Origin: the human T2T-CHM13v2.0 reference genome, Homo sapiens
Strand: one strand, 5' to 3'
DNA: 64,000 nt
NCBI RefSeq assembly: GCF_009914755.1
Contig: NC_060937.1
Notes under the pieces: generated by a model
Database searches by the model: none
Told to the model about the DNA's origin: nothing
What the model saw: the letters and a program-made list of their open reading frames with translations, nothing else
Shown here: positions 63,358 to 64,000 of the stretch, in pieces
How the letters are laid out: the number at the start of each line of letters is the position of its first letter
How positions within the stretch are numbered: position 1 is the first letter of the stretch
Translations under genes and position numbers: made by a program

Positions 63358-64000
63358 TCAAAGCGCTCCAAATGTCCACATCCAGATACTCCAGAAAGAG
63401 TGTTTCAAACCTGCTCTATGAAAGGGAATCTTCAACTCTATGAGTTGAATGCAGACATCAGAAAGAAATTTCTGAGAATGCTGCTGTCTACCTTTTATTT
63501 GAATTCCCGCTTCCAACGAAATCCTCCAAGCTATCCAAATATCCACTTGCAGATTCCACAAAAAGAGTGTTTCAAAACTGCTCTCTATCAATGGCAAAGT
63601 TCAACTCTGTTAGTTGAGGACACATATCACCAACAAGTTTCTGAGAATGCTTCTGTCTATTTTTTATGGGAAGATATTTCCTTTTTCACCGTAGGCGTCA
63701 AGGCGATCGAAATGTCCACTTCCACAAACTACAAAAAGAGTGTTTCAAACCTGCTCTATGAAAGGCCATGTTCATCTCTATGAGTCGAATGGAAATATCC
63801 GAAAGAAATTTCTGGGAATGCTGCTGTCTAGTTTTTATACGAATTCCCGCTTCCAACGAAATCCTCAAAGCAATCCAAATATCCACTTGCAGAATCCACA
63901 AAAAGAGTGTTTCAAAACTGCTCTATCAATAGAAAGGTTCAACTCTTTTAGTTGAGTACACACATCACAAACAAGTTTCTGAGAATGCTTCTGTCTGGCT

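Larger units (their letters stand above)
1..64000 (-). repeat. Centromeric alpha-satellite HOR array (SF2; D13Z1/D21Z1-like, 11-mer with 7-mer variant)
   Basis: ~170-bp AT-rich monomers with alphoid motifs (ttctgagaatgcttctgtct, ttcaactct, tatccacttgcaga), CENP-B boxes reading TTTCGTTGGAARCGGGA on the - strand, and exact 1190/680-bp periodicity in both sequence and ORF track. Alpha-satellite identity is near certain. The 13/21 assignment rests on recalled EcoRI 340/680/850 spacing and the 11-mer with 5 boxes, and is less certain. Confidence 0.98.

Noticed and set aside
139-63955. Recurrent 62-127 aa ORFs on both strands (e.g. 181..564, 127 aa)
   Set aside because: They are chance open frames in satellite DNA that repeat with the HOR period, overlap on both strands and often start at non-ATG codons. 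They have no recognisable domain and are freely frameshifted by indels (21665, 47938, haplotype B).
1-64000. CRISPR-like array (regularly spaced conserved 17-bp motifs)
   Set aside because: The intervening sequences are themselves repeated monomers rather than unique spacers, no cas genes are present, and the motif is the CENP-B box.
1-64000. Transposon insertion, inversion or embedded unique sequence
   Set aside because: Unit lengths sum exactly (44x1190-1 plus 16 4-mers = 63219 bp from 139 to 63357), leaving no room for an insertion. All boxes lie on the same strand and there are no poly-A tails or target-site duplications.
1-64000. Synthetic alphoid array (human artificial chromosome construct) or simulated model sequence
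   Set aside because: There are no vector, tetO or lacO sequences. Mixed 7/11-mers with long-range linked SNPs and nested duplications look like a natural assembled array, though read support cannot be checked here.

Overview
The whole 64 kb is one uninterrupted, single-orientation primate (most likely human) centromeric alpha-satellite higher-order-repeat (HOR) array of ~170-bp monomers. It contains no genes, RNA genes, transposons or CRISPR array; all ORFs in the track are repeat artefacts. Taking position 139 as an arbitrary phase, it consists of 44 full 7-monomer blocks (1190 bp) and 16 4-monomer blocks (680/678 bp), plus partial units at both ends. That equals 16 11-mers (7+4, ~1870 bp) and 28 stand-alone 7-mers. 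The 340/850/680-bp EcoRI spacing, 5 CENP-B boxes per 11-mer and dimeric A/B organisation fit the suprachromosomal family 2 D13Z1/D21Z1 array. Abundant 7-mers point tentatively to chromosome 13 (recalled knowledge, not a database search). I see no new biological system. The interesting signal is array micro-evolution: two 4-mer haplotypes, a 7-mer-specific allele set that creates a 12-bp palindrome at a dead CENP-B box, a ~290-bp internal direct repeat that explains 11-mer to 7-mer conversion, nested 18-mer and 29-mer duplications, recombinant units, and a domain transition at about 36-44 kb. Variants were read by eye, so rare SNPs may have been missed.
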